This document shows, one piece after another, positions 18,578 through 27,060 of a stretch of 64,000 nt of DNA. Both the position numbers and the translations under genes were made by a program. This DNA is from a virus (Duplodnaviria > Caudoviricetes). The stretch is from IMG/VR virus record IMGVR_UViG_3300032677_000029, positions 148 to 64,147 of that record; one strand, 5' to 3'. How positions within the stretch are numbered: position 1 is the first letter of the stretch; each line of letters begins with the position of its first letter. Below the pieces are notes generated by a model, which made no database searches, had not been told where the DNA came from, and saw only the letters and a list, made by a program, of their open reading frames with translations.

Positions 18578-19066
18578 ATGACTGTTAAATTAACTGTTCA
18601 AGAAGCATTGGCTCAATCTGTTGCAAACAACATCTTGACCGCAAGTAACGCAACACAGGCTATCGACAAGGACTGTCAAGCTATCCGCAAGGCACGCAAG
18701 AATAAGCCTTTAGGTACTGTCAAGAATGGTTGCGCCGTAATGATCCGTTTTGTAGAGGTATTGAGCAAAGCGGGTAAGGCTGAACAAACTGTCAAGAACT
18801 TAGCGACAGCGTTTCGCAAGGCAGTAAATGACGGCGTGCCATTCAGTATGAATGCATACCGCAAACCCGTAGCAAAGGGCGCACAGACTAGCCCTAAAGC
18901 AAAGGGCGCAAAGGTAGCTAGTGTGAACTTTAAGGGCGACGCAAGCGTTGATGACATTGTCAAGGGTTTACGCAACTTGTTTAATAAGTTCAAGACTGAT
19001 GACAAGACCGCAACTCTAGCCAGCTTCTTACTTGATGGATTAGATGAGTACGAAGAGAGCAAGTAA
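18578..19066 (+). CDS. First early gene: basic protein of unknown function (possible DNA-binding)
   Basis: 162 aa, AAGGAG RBS, own promoter and terminator; Lys/Ala-rich linker. Confidence 0.75.
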   Translation: MTVKLTVQEALAQSVANNILTASNATQAIDKDCQAIRKARKNKPLGTVKNGCAVMIRFVEVLSKAGKAEQTVKNLATAFRKAVNDGVPFSMNAYRKPVAKGAQTSPKAKGAKVASVNFKGDASVDDIVKGLRNLFNKFKTDDKTATLASFLLDGLDEYEESK

Positions 19067-19082
19067 TACCCGAGCAGTCAAG

Positions 19083-19110
19083 ACCCCGCCTAATAAGCGG
19101 GGTTTTTTTT
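19083..19110 (+). terminator. Rho-independent terminator
   Basis: ACCCCGC-CTAATAA-GCGGGGT followed by a T tract. Confidence 0.85.
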
Positions 19111-19302
19111 CGCCCTAAAATAGGGCAGGAACTGGTGTCATCTAGGTCGGCGAAGCCGACAGGTTTAAATTCTTTTTGCTCTTGCTTTTTCTTTTTGAAG
19201 GGCGTGATGAACAAGGTCAGCGAGGGTGCGGGCGAAGTCGGCGAGGCGCAACTAATAGGGTAAACCCTAACGAAATACTGTCTGACAGTACGAAACCAAC
19301 TT

Positions 19303-19732
19303 TGTTCACTGTGTTCACTCATGTTCACTGGTGAGTGAACAGACTTTTGGTGCGATGCAACACTCGCAAACCCTTGTTTTATATACTCTTTCTTTCTTTT
19401 ATTTATTATAATATTTAGTAGTGTTCACTTGTTCACTCACTTTTGAAATGTATGAAGGGTAAAATTTCCTGAGCCTTTACATTGTTAAGTTTGATACTGT
19501 CTGACAGTACGGCAGAAAGACCCTTTTCTTAGGTGTCATACTTTTGTTCACGAGTGAACATGACCCATTAAACTCTCGTAACCTATTGAATCCACAAGTA
19601 AATACCTTGTTCCTAAGCGAGTGAACATTGGTGAACAAAACCCCCAAACGAGTGAACAAAGTAGGCGAAGCCTTAACACAGTAAAGGGAGAGGAGAAATA
19701 AAAAAAGATGTTTTGAGTTTCTCGAGTGAACA
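19303..19732. other. Candidate replication origin: 12 TGTTCAC/GTGAACA iterons with an AT-rich tract
   Basis: TGTTCAC at 19303, 19312, 19322, 19422, 19430, 19545; GTGAACA at 19335, 19554, 19621, 19631, 19652, 19726; AT-rich ~19375-19420; no credible ORF. Confidence 0.65.
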
Positions 19733-19837
19733 AATCCCCCAAACATGAAACCAGTTTTTACAAGAAGCCCACCAACTGCACAACCCCACCGAACCCGAAT
19801 ACCGACCTGATTAAACCCGAGTAACCGAAAGACCCTA

Positions 19838-19866
19838 TTGACACAGCCTTGACATAGCGGTATAAT
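19838..19866 (+). promoter_or_regulatory. Early sigma70 promoter P2 (perfect consensus)
   Basis: TTGACA-N17-TATAAT. Confidence 0.9.
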
Positions 19867-20015
19867 AGAGGGGTAGAGTCGAGTTGAGTCAAGGGACACA
19901 ACAAAACCAAATACTGTCGGACAGTATTAGAAGCGGGAAACACCACGATTAAGTTCACGGGTGCAACGGGTAGGTAGCTACCCCAACAAGCTTTTAATCC
20001 TTGCCTCAATAGTAT

Positions 20016-20029
20016 CGTTCTTTAAAAAT
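20016..20029 (+). promoter_or_regulatory. boxA-like antitermination element
   Basis: CGTTCTTTAAAAAT resembles the rrn/lambdoid boxA (TGCTCTTTAACA), ~145 nt after the P2 start. Confidence 0.6.
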
Positions 20030-20038
20030 TAGTTAAAT

Positions 20039-20354
20039 GCTTAGCGGTGCGGGGGAATACAGACCCCAAACCAATGCTGAGTGCAGAGTAGGCGTAGCCT
20101 GAGTGTACGGCGAGCAGTATCTCTGCGGGTGTAATAAGTAATGGGAATGGGTAGGTTTTACTAAACCAACCGAAAAGGCGAAATACTGTCAGACAGTATC
20201 AGACCCTTAAAAACCTAACCCTTCCAACCACACTTTACTTATCCACCCCATGCCCTTAACCTCTAACAAGAACTGCGACAAACTAGCAGAGGGCAAACAA
20301 ACAAAGAGCGTTTTGAGGTCAGGTTAGAAATAGCCTGACTGATTGAGCGTTTTT
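20039..20354 (+). ncRNA. Structured leader RNA with five consecutive stem-loops
   Basis: Stems at about 20039-20082, 20083-20126, 20127-20248, 20251-20295 and 20304-20354 (GAAA tetraloop); ends at the AGGAGG RBS. Confidence 0.55.
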
Positions 20355-20368
20355 AAAAGGAGGTAGAA

Positions 20369-20464
20369 ATGAAGGAGATGTTATTAGTATGGCTTTGGGC
20401 AGTCATAGGGGTTTTTACCTATGTACTTTTTATGTGGACTTTGAAATTATTGGAGGTGTTATGA
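20369..20464 (+). CDS. Small single-pass membrane peptide (31 aa)
   Basis: Manually read MKEMLLVWLWAVIGVFTYVLFMWTLKLLEVL; strong AGGAGG RBS; ATGA overlap with the next gene. Confidence 0.65.
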   Translation: MKEMLLVWLWAVIGVFTYVLFMWTLKLLEVL

Positions 20465-20664
20465 AAAATATGTGTAGGTGTTGTGGAGATGAGTACCCTA
20501 TTGGTAGGTGGGAACTAGGCTATAAGTTTTGCCTAGACTGTGGGGTAGATATAGCAAAATCGGTGGCAGAGGGATTTACAGTAGCACCACTAAACAAATC
20601 AAACTACTACTATATCCACGACCCAAAAACCCTAAAAGAACTTAACCCTAAGAGGACAACATGA
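20461..20664 (+). CDS. C4 zinc-finger protein (DksA/TraR-finger-like)
   Basis: CRCCGDEYPIGRWELGYKFCLDC; GGAGG RBS before ATG 20461. Confidence 0.6.
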   Translation: MKNMCRCCGDEYPIGRWELGYKFCLDCGVDIAKSVAEGFTVAPLNKSNYYYIHDPKTLKELNPKRTT

Positions 20665-20870
20665 AAAAAGGTAACGACAACAAGGCTCTAATTAAAAAGA
20701 TGTTGGGAGATACGCTTGATGAGACTTTTGTACTTAGCGCCATCGAGATGTACTGCAACGAGATACTGTCAGACAGTACGGATTGGGGTAATAAATCCCT
20801 CATCAATCAAACCCTATGGCAGACGATAGCAAGTCAGAACCTAGCAATTATGGAGGAACACTACAAATGA
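20661..20870 (+). CDS. Hypothetical early protein
   Basis: 69 aa, GAGGA RBS, ATGA-coupled. Confidence 0.65.
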   Translation: MKKGNDNKALIKKMLGDTLDETFVLSAIEMYCNEILSDSTDWGNKSLINQTLWQTIASQNLAIMEEHYK

Positions 20871-21142
20871 GAGGGTACACGCAAAAGGAACGGCTAACAG
20901 TCGAACCAGTAATGACCCTCGAACAGATTGCTGACATTATGGGCATGAGTCGGGAAAGGGTGCGTCAGATAGAAGCAAGTGCATTGGGCAAGTGCCACAA
21001 GATACTACGCAGAAAGGGTTATTCCCCCGAGGATTTCTTTTCAGCCCTTAAATACACTAAACCTATCAAACCAAGCGAAACAGGCGAAGCAAGTGAATAC
21101 GAACTGATGTATGACAAGGAGGAAGAAGATGAGCGTAACTGA
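20867..21142 (+). CDS. Stand-alone sigma70 region-4 HTH protein
   Basis: MTLEQIADIMGMSRERVRQIEASALGK matches RpoD region 4.2. Confidence 0.85.
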   Translation: MRGYTQKERLTVEPVMTLEQIADIMGMSRERVRQIEASALGKCHKILRRKGYSPEDFFSALKYTKPIKPSETGEASEYELMYDKEEEDERN

Positions 21143-21395
21143 ATACAGAATGGGTAAACCCAAGACCTCTAAGGATAAACCCTTAAAGACAATTAGACAG
21201 AACTCACCCAATGAGCCAATGGAACTAACGGCTAAATTGGCGAAGGCGGACACGGCGCAAGCTAAGCGGGAACTGGTGTCGCTCGATATGGGTGGGCTTT
21301 TTTATGCGTTTGGGGAAAAGCGTAGGGCATGGCAAGGGTGGTTAAGTTATCAAGAAAACATGGGAGAAGAAAATGGCACTAAAACGACTAAATAA
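21129..21395 (+). CDS. Hypothetical early protein
   Basis: ORF with GGAGG RBS, coupled to its neighbours. Confidence 0.5.
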   Translation: MSVTEYRMGKPKTSKDKPLKTIRQNSPNEPMELTAKLAKADTAQAKRELVSLDMGGLFYAFGEKRRAWQGWLSYQENMGEENGTKTTK

Positions 21396-21663
21396 AAGTA
21401 ACAAGAAACAAACGGCTAAGTGGGCTTACTTGGGGGAAACAGACCCCGCACAGTTTATCCACAGCAACAAGACCCATCGGACTGTAAGCGAAGCGTTTAG
21501 AGATGCTGAGTATGCACAGTCTTTTTGGAAAAGTAAGACCGACTGGGAAGAAGCGGTTGAGTTCATAGAGTTAGCGGTTATTGGTGGTATGTGGACTCTA
21601 GTAGTAGGTGGTGCAGTTTTAGCAGTTCTGTATTGGTTAGCCAAGCCATTACTTGGCGGGTAG
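21373..21663 (+). CDS. Membrane-anchored early protein
   Basis: 96 aa with C-terminal hydrophobic helix. Confidence 0.65.
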   Translation: MALKRLNKSNKKQTAKWAYLGETDPAQFIHSNKTHRTVSEAFRDAEYAQSFWKSKTDWEEAVEFIELAVIGGMWTLVVGGAVLAVLYWLAKPLLGG

Positions 21664-21720
21664 TAAACGACATACTGTCAGACAGTATTTAACAACATCT
21701 TTTAAATTAGGAGAATCAAA

Positions 21721-22683
21721 ATGAGTTTAGATATGTACAAGCACTTTAAAGAACGTTACGACAATACCAAGCCCATTCGTGGCAGAGCAGTAGAGTGCAA
21801 ACCAATCGCCAAGCGAGCACGAGATTGGGAACAAGTAGTTAAGCGCTATGTAGTAGAAGACGGCGCACTTGAGACGGAAGGTGTAATGGCATACGGCGCA
21901 CACCTATACCAAACCGACTGCGTTATGTATATGCCAAACGGAGATGTGCATATAAAGACAGGTGGGTACGCTACCCCAACAACGGCGGAGTTTATCGAAA
22001 GATATATACCTCGTGATATGCGTTGCTATAAGAAATACAATAAAGTTTGGTTGGACTACAAGGGTCAGGCTTATCCAATCGACTCGACCAAACCAACAAT
22101 CCTAGCCTACAACAAGTTTATAGATACCTATGCTATCGAGAACCCACTACCAGTACATCAAAAAGTTATCGACAGAACCAAGATTAAAGAGGCTCGAGAG
22201 AAACTAAATGCGTTCCGTAACTATGCCAAGATCATGCTTAAACTTGCTGATGGGTGGTTAAGTAATGACCTAGTAGAGCTACACGCAGAGCCACATGGAC
22301 AACATAGGGACTATTGGGGTCGTAGAGCATACAGGCTAGGTGATGAAGTAATGCGTAGCTATGAGATGTCAGGGTCAGTAAGTATCAAGACAGCAGAGAA
22401 AGTATACGAAGCCCTAAGCACCGAAGACGAAACGCAATTCCCTAAACTTCTTTGTCTAATCTGTTCGGGTAGTGATGCCGAGGAAAATCGAGTAGTTAAG
22501 ACAGAGCAAGTAGAGCGCAAAGACTATCGAGGCAATCCGATAATGGAGACGATCACGACTAGGGAATACAAGTATAAGTACACGACTGTCGATAATCGTA
22601 TCAACTTCTTTATTAAGAAAGCGTGTGATGTGTACACAACTAAGGTAGTCCCTGCGGGTAAGGTAATGACAAACCTATTATGA
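21721..22683 (+). CDS. Hypothetical early protein (320 aa)
   Basis: Long ORF with AGGAG RBS. Confidence 0.8.
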   Translation: MSLDMYKHFKERYDNTKPIRGRAVECKPIAKRARDWEQVVKRYVVEDGALETEGVMAYGAHLYQTDCVMYMPNGDVHIKTGGYATPTTAEFIERYIPRDMRCYKKYNKVWLDYKGQAYPIDSTKPTILAYNKFIDTYAIENPLPVHQKVIDRTKIKEAREKLNAFRNYAKIMLKLADGWLSNDLVELHAEPHGQHRDYWGRRAYRLGDEVMRSYEMSGSVSIKTAEKVYEALSTEDETQFPKLLCLICSGSDAEENRVVKTEQVERKDYRGNPIMETITTREYKYKYTTVDNRINFFIKKACDVYTTKVVPAGKVMTNLL

Positions 22684-22690
22684 GTGGGTA

Positions 22691-22719
22691 TTGACACAGG
22701 GGTAGCTTAGCTGTATAAT
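22691..22719 (+). promoter_or_regulatory. Early sigma70 promoter P3 (perfect consensus)
   Basis: TTGACA-N17-TATAAT; shares TTGACACAG with P1 and P2. Confidence 0.9.
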
Positions 22720-22839
22720 AGTAGTATAAGTTATAAAAGTAGTAGAAGTTAGTGGGGTCGTAGCCTAATACTGTCAGACAGTATTGGGTTTTTTGTTTAG
22801 TAGGTTTGTATTTTTTAATTTTAAAACAAGGAGAAGTAT

Positions 22840-23949
22840 ATGAGTATCAAGTTCGGAAGTTCTTTATCTTTAAACGAGTTCGCCAATGCTATCGCAACTG
22901 TTGGCTCTGATGTAACCATTATCGGTCAGGGAGAGCCCGGGATTGGTAAGTCTAGTATGTTAAAGACTGTTGCCAAGCGATTCCCTGATTACGAGCTAGC
23001 CTATATCGACTGTACCTTATTAGACCTAGGTGACTTTGCCCTTCCGTATACGGAACTGGCTTCAGGGGATAGTAACTTAAAAGTTACCAAGTTCGCACCA
23101 AACGCAAGGTTTAAATTTCAATCGGGCAAGCCTGTAATCGTTATGCTTGATGAGATTGGTAAGGCTATGAAGGCGGTTAAGAATGTCCTTCTTACCTTGA
23201 TGTTGGAAAAGCGTATTGGTGATGTAGCTTTACCCGAAGGCTCAATCGTGTTTGGTACAACTAACCTAGCAACTGATGGGGTAGGTGATTCGTTAGAGGC
23301 TCATGCTCGGAATCGTGTTTGCTTTGTGACTGTGCGTAAACCCCATGCTGGCTTTGGTGCTGATGGCTCACTCGATGCAGACTCTTGGGGTGCTTGGGCG
23401 GTTGAGAATGATATTGCACCTGAGATTATTGCGTGGGTTAAACAATTCCCTCATGCACTCGAGTCGTATACTGACCCTGCTCAAAAAGATAATGCGTACA
23501 TCTTTAACCCAACTAAGGCGGGACAGTCAGCATTTGTAACCCCTCGGTCCTTGGAGAAAGCAAGCCATATCTCTAAGAAGCGTGCATTACTGGGTGACTC
23601 TGTAACTATCTCGGCTTTGGCGGGTACTATCGGTGAGAGTGCGGCTCGTGATATGCAAGCGTTCTTTACTGTGGTAGATAAGCTACCTACATGGGAAGCA
23701 ATTATGGATAGCCCTGCAACTGCAAAAGTTCCTGATGATGCGGTAGCTAAATGTATCTTAGTGTTCTCAGCTATTACTCGTGTGGATAAGGAGTCGTTAC
23801 CTAAGTGGCTTAAGTATGCAGATAGATTAGACAAAGAACTTCAAGCGTTGTTTGCTCGTAGTGTGGTGAAGTCTTCATCTAAGCAAGCTATGGCGGTGTC
23901 CAATAAAGAGTTCGTGAAGTGGGCTACTGATAACCAATGGTTGTTTTAA
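22840..23949 (+). CDS. AAA+ ATPase (MoxR/AAA_5-like)
   Basis: GEPGIGKS Walker A, VMLDE Walker B, GTTN sensor 1, RNR Arg finger, TPRS sensor 2. Confidence 0.9.
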   Translation: MSIKFGSSLSLNEFANAIATVGSDVTIIGQGEPGIGKSSMLKTVAKRFPDYELAYIDCTLLDLGDFALPYTELASGDSNLKVTKFAPNARFKFQSGKPVIVMLDEIGKAMKAVKNVLLTLMLEKRIGDVALPEGSIVFGTTNLATDGVGDSLEAHARNRVCFVTVRKPHAGFGADGSLDADSWGAWAVENDIAPEIIAWVKQFPHALESYTDPAQKDNAYIFNPTKAGQSAFVTPRSLEKASHISKKRALLGDSVTISALAGTIGESAARDMQAFFTVVDKLPTWEAIMDSPATAKVPDDAVAKCILVFSAITRVDKESLPKWLKYADRLDKELQALFARSVVKSSSKQAMAVSNKEFVKWATDNQWLF

Positions 23950-23983
23950 ATACTGTCAGACAGTATTAACTAAGGAGAAACAA

Positions 23984-25174
23984 ATGACTAAACTAACAGC
24001 AGAACAACGAGTGCAGAAGTCCCATGTGGCTTTGATGAATGACCCTAAGTATTGTTTGTACTCGGGTATCTTCATGCTCGGTAAGACGGAGGTAAGTGAT
24101 GATATTCCAACGGCTTGTACTGATGGGCGCAACACTTACTATGGTCGTAAGTTTGTGGATAACATGAAAGACTCAGACTTAAAAGGTTTGATCTTGCACG
24201 AGAATCTACACAAGGCTTTCCGTCATACAACAGTATGGAAACATCTTTATAAACAACAGCCCCAACTAGCTAACATGGCGTGTGATTTTGTAATCAACTT
24301 AATGATTCATGATTCAGACCCACAAGGTAATGCTGTGACTCTACCCGAGGGCGGTTGCTTAGATGAGAAGTATCGTGGCATGGATGCGGGGGAGGTATTC
24401 AGAACTTTAATGCAACAAGCAAAACAAGGGGGTGGTAGTGGAAAAGGCGATGGTAGTGGCGAGGGCGAACAAGAGGGTGGCTCGGGCTTTGACGAACACG
24501 ACTGGGAGGGTGCAGATGCCTTGTCCGAAGATGAGAAACAAACATTGGCTCGTGAAGTCGATCAAGCATTAAGACAGGGCGCACTACTAGCGGGTAAGCT
24601 AAATGGTAATGTACCACGAGAGATTACTGAGGCGATGGAAGCTAAGGTTAATTGGAAAGAAGTATTGAGAGACTTTGTATCCTCTATCTGTGCGGACAAG
24701 GATAACTCTACATGGCGCAGACCAAGCCGTAGGTGGGTAGATCAAGATATTTATATGCCTAGTTCAATCGGTGAAGCGGTAGGTCGCATTGTTATAGCGA
24801 TTGATATGTCAGGGTCGATTGGGCAAGCCGAGGTCGGGCAATTCTTAGGTGAACTATTAAGTATCTGTAACCATGTTCAGCCCGAGGGTATTGACTTGAT
24901 GTATTGGGACACAGAGGTATGTGCTCATGAGAAGTATGACCGAGGGGATTACGAGGCTATCCTTTCATCTACTAAACCTATGGGCGGTGGAGGTACAACT
25001 GCAAGATGTATTCCCAAGTATATCGAGGCTCACAAACTTAATCCCGAGTGTGTGATTGTCTTAACCGATGGCTATATAGATGGTTGGGGTGACTGGAAAC
25101 ATCCTGTCTTTTGGGGTATGACTAGCCACATGGTTGCACCTGTCGGTATTAGTGTTCGTATCGAGGGGGAATGA
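23984..25174 (+). CDS. Metallopeptidase-like + VWA domain protein (DUF2201-like)
   Basis: TACTDG, HENLH (HExxH), DMSGS MIDAS, GGGT and LTDG motifs. Confidence 0.85.
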   Translation: MTKLTAEQRVQKSHVALMNDPKYCLYSGIFMLGKTEVSDDIPTACTDGRNTYYGRKFVDNMKDSDLKGLILHENLHKAFRHTTVWKHLYKQQPQLANMACDFVINLMIHDSDPQGNAVTLPEGGCLDEKYRGMDAGEVFRTLMQQAKQGGGSGKGDGSGEGEQEGGSGFDEHDWEGADALSEDEKQTLAREVDQALRQGALLAGKLNGNVPREITEAMEAKVNWKEVLRDFVSSICADKDNSTWRRPSRRWVDQDIYMPSSIGEAVGRIVIAIDMSGSIGQAEVGQFLGELLSICNHVQPEGIDLMYWDTEVCAHEKYDRGDYEAILSSTKPMGGGGTTARCIPKYIEAHKLNPECVIVLTDGYIDGWGDWKHPVFWGMTSHMVAPVGISVRIEGE

Positions 25175-25422
25175 TGGCTATTGTAAATAGAGATGATATG
25201 AAGTCTATATTAGAAGAAAGTATGGGTGCTATTTTCGAGGAGGTTTATTCCCAACATGGGCATATAGAGTATCGGTTAGAACAATGCGGTAAGTTATATC
25301 GAGTAAAAAAAACCCTGTGGGGTAATAACCTAAGACCCGAATATAAAACAGGTTGGTTAAAACTAAACGAAGCACAAGCAATTTTAAAACTAATGGAGGT
25401 AAGTGAAGATGGCACAGCCTAG
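25171..25422 (+). CDS. Hypothetical early protein
   Basis: 83 aa, ATGA-coupled. Confidence 0.6.
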   Translation: MMAIVNRDDMKSILEESMGAIFEEVYSQHGHIEYRLEQCGKLYRVKKTLWGNNLRPEYKTGWLKLNEAQAILKLMEVSEDGTA

Positions 25423-25615
25423 AGATTTTGCAACATTGATGGTGAAGATAGATACACGCAAGAAGTTTATAGAGTCAAAGAAGAAGATGGAGGGTCAGCT
25501 AGGGGTAACTCTAACCAACTCAAACGCATTAGATATTATGTGTGACCAAATACTGTCAGACAGTACGAAGTTAACTTTAAAGTTAGTACCAATTAAACAA
25601 GGAGAATTAAAATGA
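25409..25615 (+). CDS. Hypothetical early protein
   Basis: GGAGG RBS, MAQPRD start. Confidence 0.6.
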   Translation: MAQPRDFATLMVKIDTRKKFIESKKKMEGQLGVTLTNSNALDIMCDQILSDSTKLTLKLVPIKQGELK

Positions 25616-26451
25616 TTGGAAGCAACGCTATGTTAGTCGACCTCAACATCTCTATGTGGACAGGTCGCAAGATGGACAAGAAAGTATCTGAAGAAGTAGA
25701 TGTAAGCAAGAGCACTAAGGCTCGTGCGGGTAACTATCACAAGAACTTATTGGCAGGGTCAGATAAGCTAGATAAGATTCAAAAGGTTGTTACTGCGGTG
25801 CGTGCATGGAACTACCAACAAACCTTACCTTGGTCAGATGGTGGCTCACGCTTACTACCTATGAAATCTTTTTTTGATTACAAGGCTACGCTTGGTAACT
25901 ATGAAGCGCAGTACAACACGGCGGTAGATGAGTTCTTAGAGGAATATCCGCAACTGGTTTCATCTTCTGCGTTTACGCTTGGGGAACTTTTTGATCGTGG
26001 GGAATATCCCACAGCCGATAGCTTGCGTTCTAGGTTTGGGTTTAAGTATGTGTTCTGCCCTGTCCCTGATGCGGGTGATTTTAGAATAGATGTTGAGGAA
26101 ACGGCTAAGCAAGAACTACAACAACAATACAAAGACTACTACGAAGGCAAGCTGGCTGATGCTATGAAAGATGCTTGGGATAGATTGCACAAGACCCTGA
26201 CCCATCTAAGTGATCGTATGGATTACACAGATGAGAATAAAAAGAAGTTTTGGGATTCAACTATCACCAACGCAAGCGAACTCTGCGGACTTCTTACAAG
26301 TCTTAATGTGACTAATGACCCTAAGTTAGAAGCTATGCGTCAGAAGTTAGAGAAGGCTTTGGCGGGTGTAGAGCCATCACATATCAAAGAGTCCGAAGCT
26401 ATCCGTAGTTCGGTTAAGTCTAAGGTAGATGAAATTCTAAATATGTTTTAA
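25612..26451 (+). CDS. Conserved helical early protein (DUF3150-like)
   Basis: TLPWSDGGSRLLP...YP...PVPDAGDFR...LNVTNDP; AAGGAG RBS. Confidence 0.65.
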   Translation: MIGSNAMLVDLNISMWTGRKMDKKVSEEVDVSKSTKARAGNYHKNLLAGSDKLDKIQKVVTAVRAWNYQQTLPWSDGGSRLLPMKSFFDYKATLGNYEAQYNTAVDEFLEEYPQLVSSSAFTLGELFDRGEYPTADSLRSRFGFKYVFCPVPDAGDFRIDVEETAKQELQQQYKDYYEGKLADAMKDAWDRLHKTLTHLSDRMDYTDENKKKFWDSTITNASELCGLLTSLNVTNDPKLEAMRQKLEKALAGVEPSHIKESEAIRSSVKSKVDEILNMF

Positions 26452-26461
26452 GGAGAGAGGG

Positions 26462-26641
26462 ATGATTACTTTATTTGTGGTTGGATATATTGTTTATATG
26501 TTTGTTGGGATTATGGCTATTGGTCATTTACTTGAGAAGTATTTAAACGATGATAAAACTTGCGTTGGATGCTGGCACTTATTGTTTGGGTATGTGTGGA
26601 CATTTTTACCTATAACTTTATTTTTTGATTTTAGGGGGTGA
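26462..26641 (+). CDS. Small membrane protein (59 aa)
   Basis: Manually read MITLFVVGYIVYMFVGIMAIG..., two hydrophobic segments, AAGGAG RBS. Confidence 0.55.
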   Translation: MITLFVVGYIVYMFVGIMAIGHLLEKYLNDDKTCVGCWHLLFGYVWTFLPITLFFDFRG

Positions 26642-26642
26642 A

Positions 26643-27059
26643 ATGGGATATCGAAGCGAAGTAGGGTTTTGTATTGAGTTTACTAAAGACCCCGAGGAGT
26701 TTGTTGCACTGATGCGAGTAGATGGTAGAGATGCGTTTAAAGACTTCTTACTTTATATGTATGTTGAAGAACTACCTAATGCCACACCCGAAGAAGAAGA
26801 GCCGTATGGGTATGTGCATTTCTATCACAATCATTGGAAGTGGTATGAGGATTCGGTTTCGGGGTTTAATGACTTAATAAACATGGCTGAGGAGTTTGAT
26901 GATAAGTTTAAGGCTAAGTTCGTTAGGCTTGGAGAGGAAGCAGACGATACAGAAGAAGAATGGTATAACGACGATAACTATGAACTAGAGTATCCCTATA
27001 TGATTAGATCAATAGATACAGGGGTAAAGCTAGAAAACCTAAAGAAAGTGGAGGAATAA
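26643..27059 (+). CDS. Acidic hypothetical protein
   Basis: MGYRSEV start; WKWY and FVRLGEE motifs. Confidence 0.7.
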   Translation: MGYRSEVGFCIEFTKDPEEFVALMRVDGRDAFKDFLLYMYVEELPNATPEEEEPYGYVHFYHNHWKWYEDSVSGFNDLINMAEEFDDKFKAKFVRLGEEADDTEEEWYNDDNYELEYPYMIRSIDTGVKLENLKKVEE

Positions 27060-27060
27060 A

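Noticed and set aside
19303-19732. GTTC repeats as alphaproteobacterial LexA boxes (GTTC-N7-GTTC)
   Set aside because: Observed spacings are N4-N6, and the conserved unit is the longer TGTTCAC.
18990-20009. Minus-strand ORFs across the iteron and promoter region
   Set aside because: They translate repeat DNA, oppose strong promoters and lack an RBS.
19128-21280. Exact 12-mer GGAACTGGTGTC at 19128 and 21269
   Set aside because: Only two copies; a 12-bp match can arise by chance at this scale.
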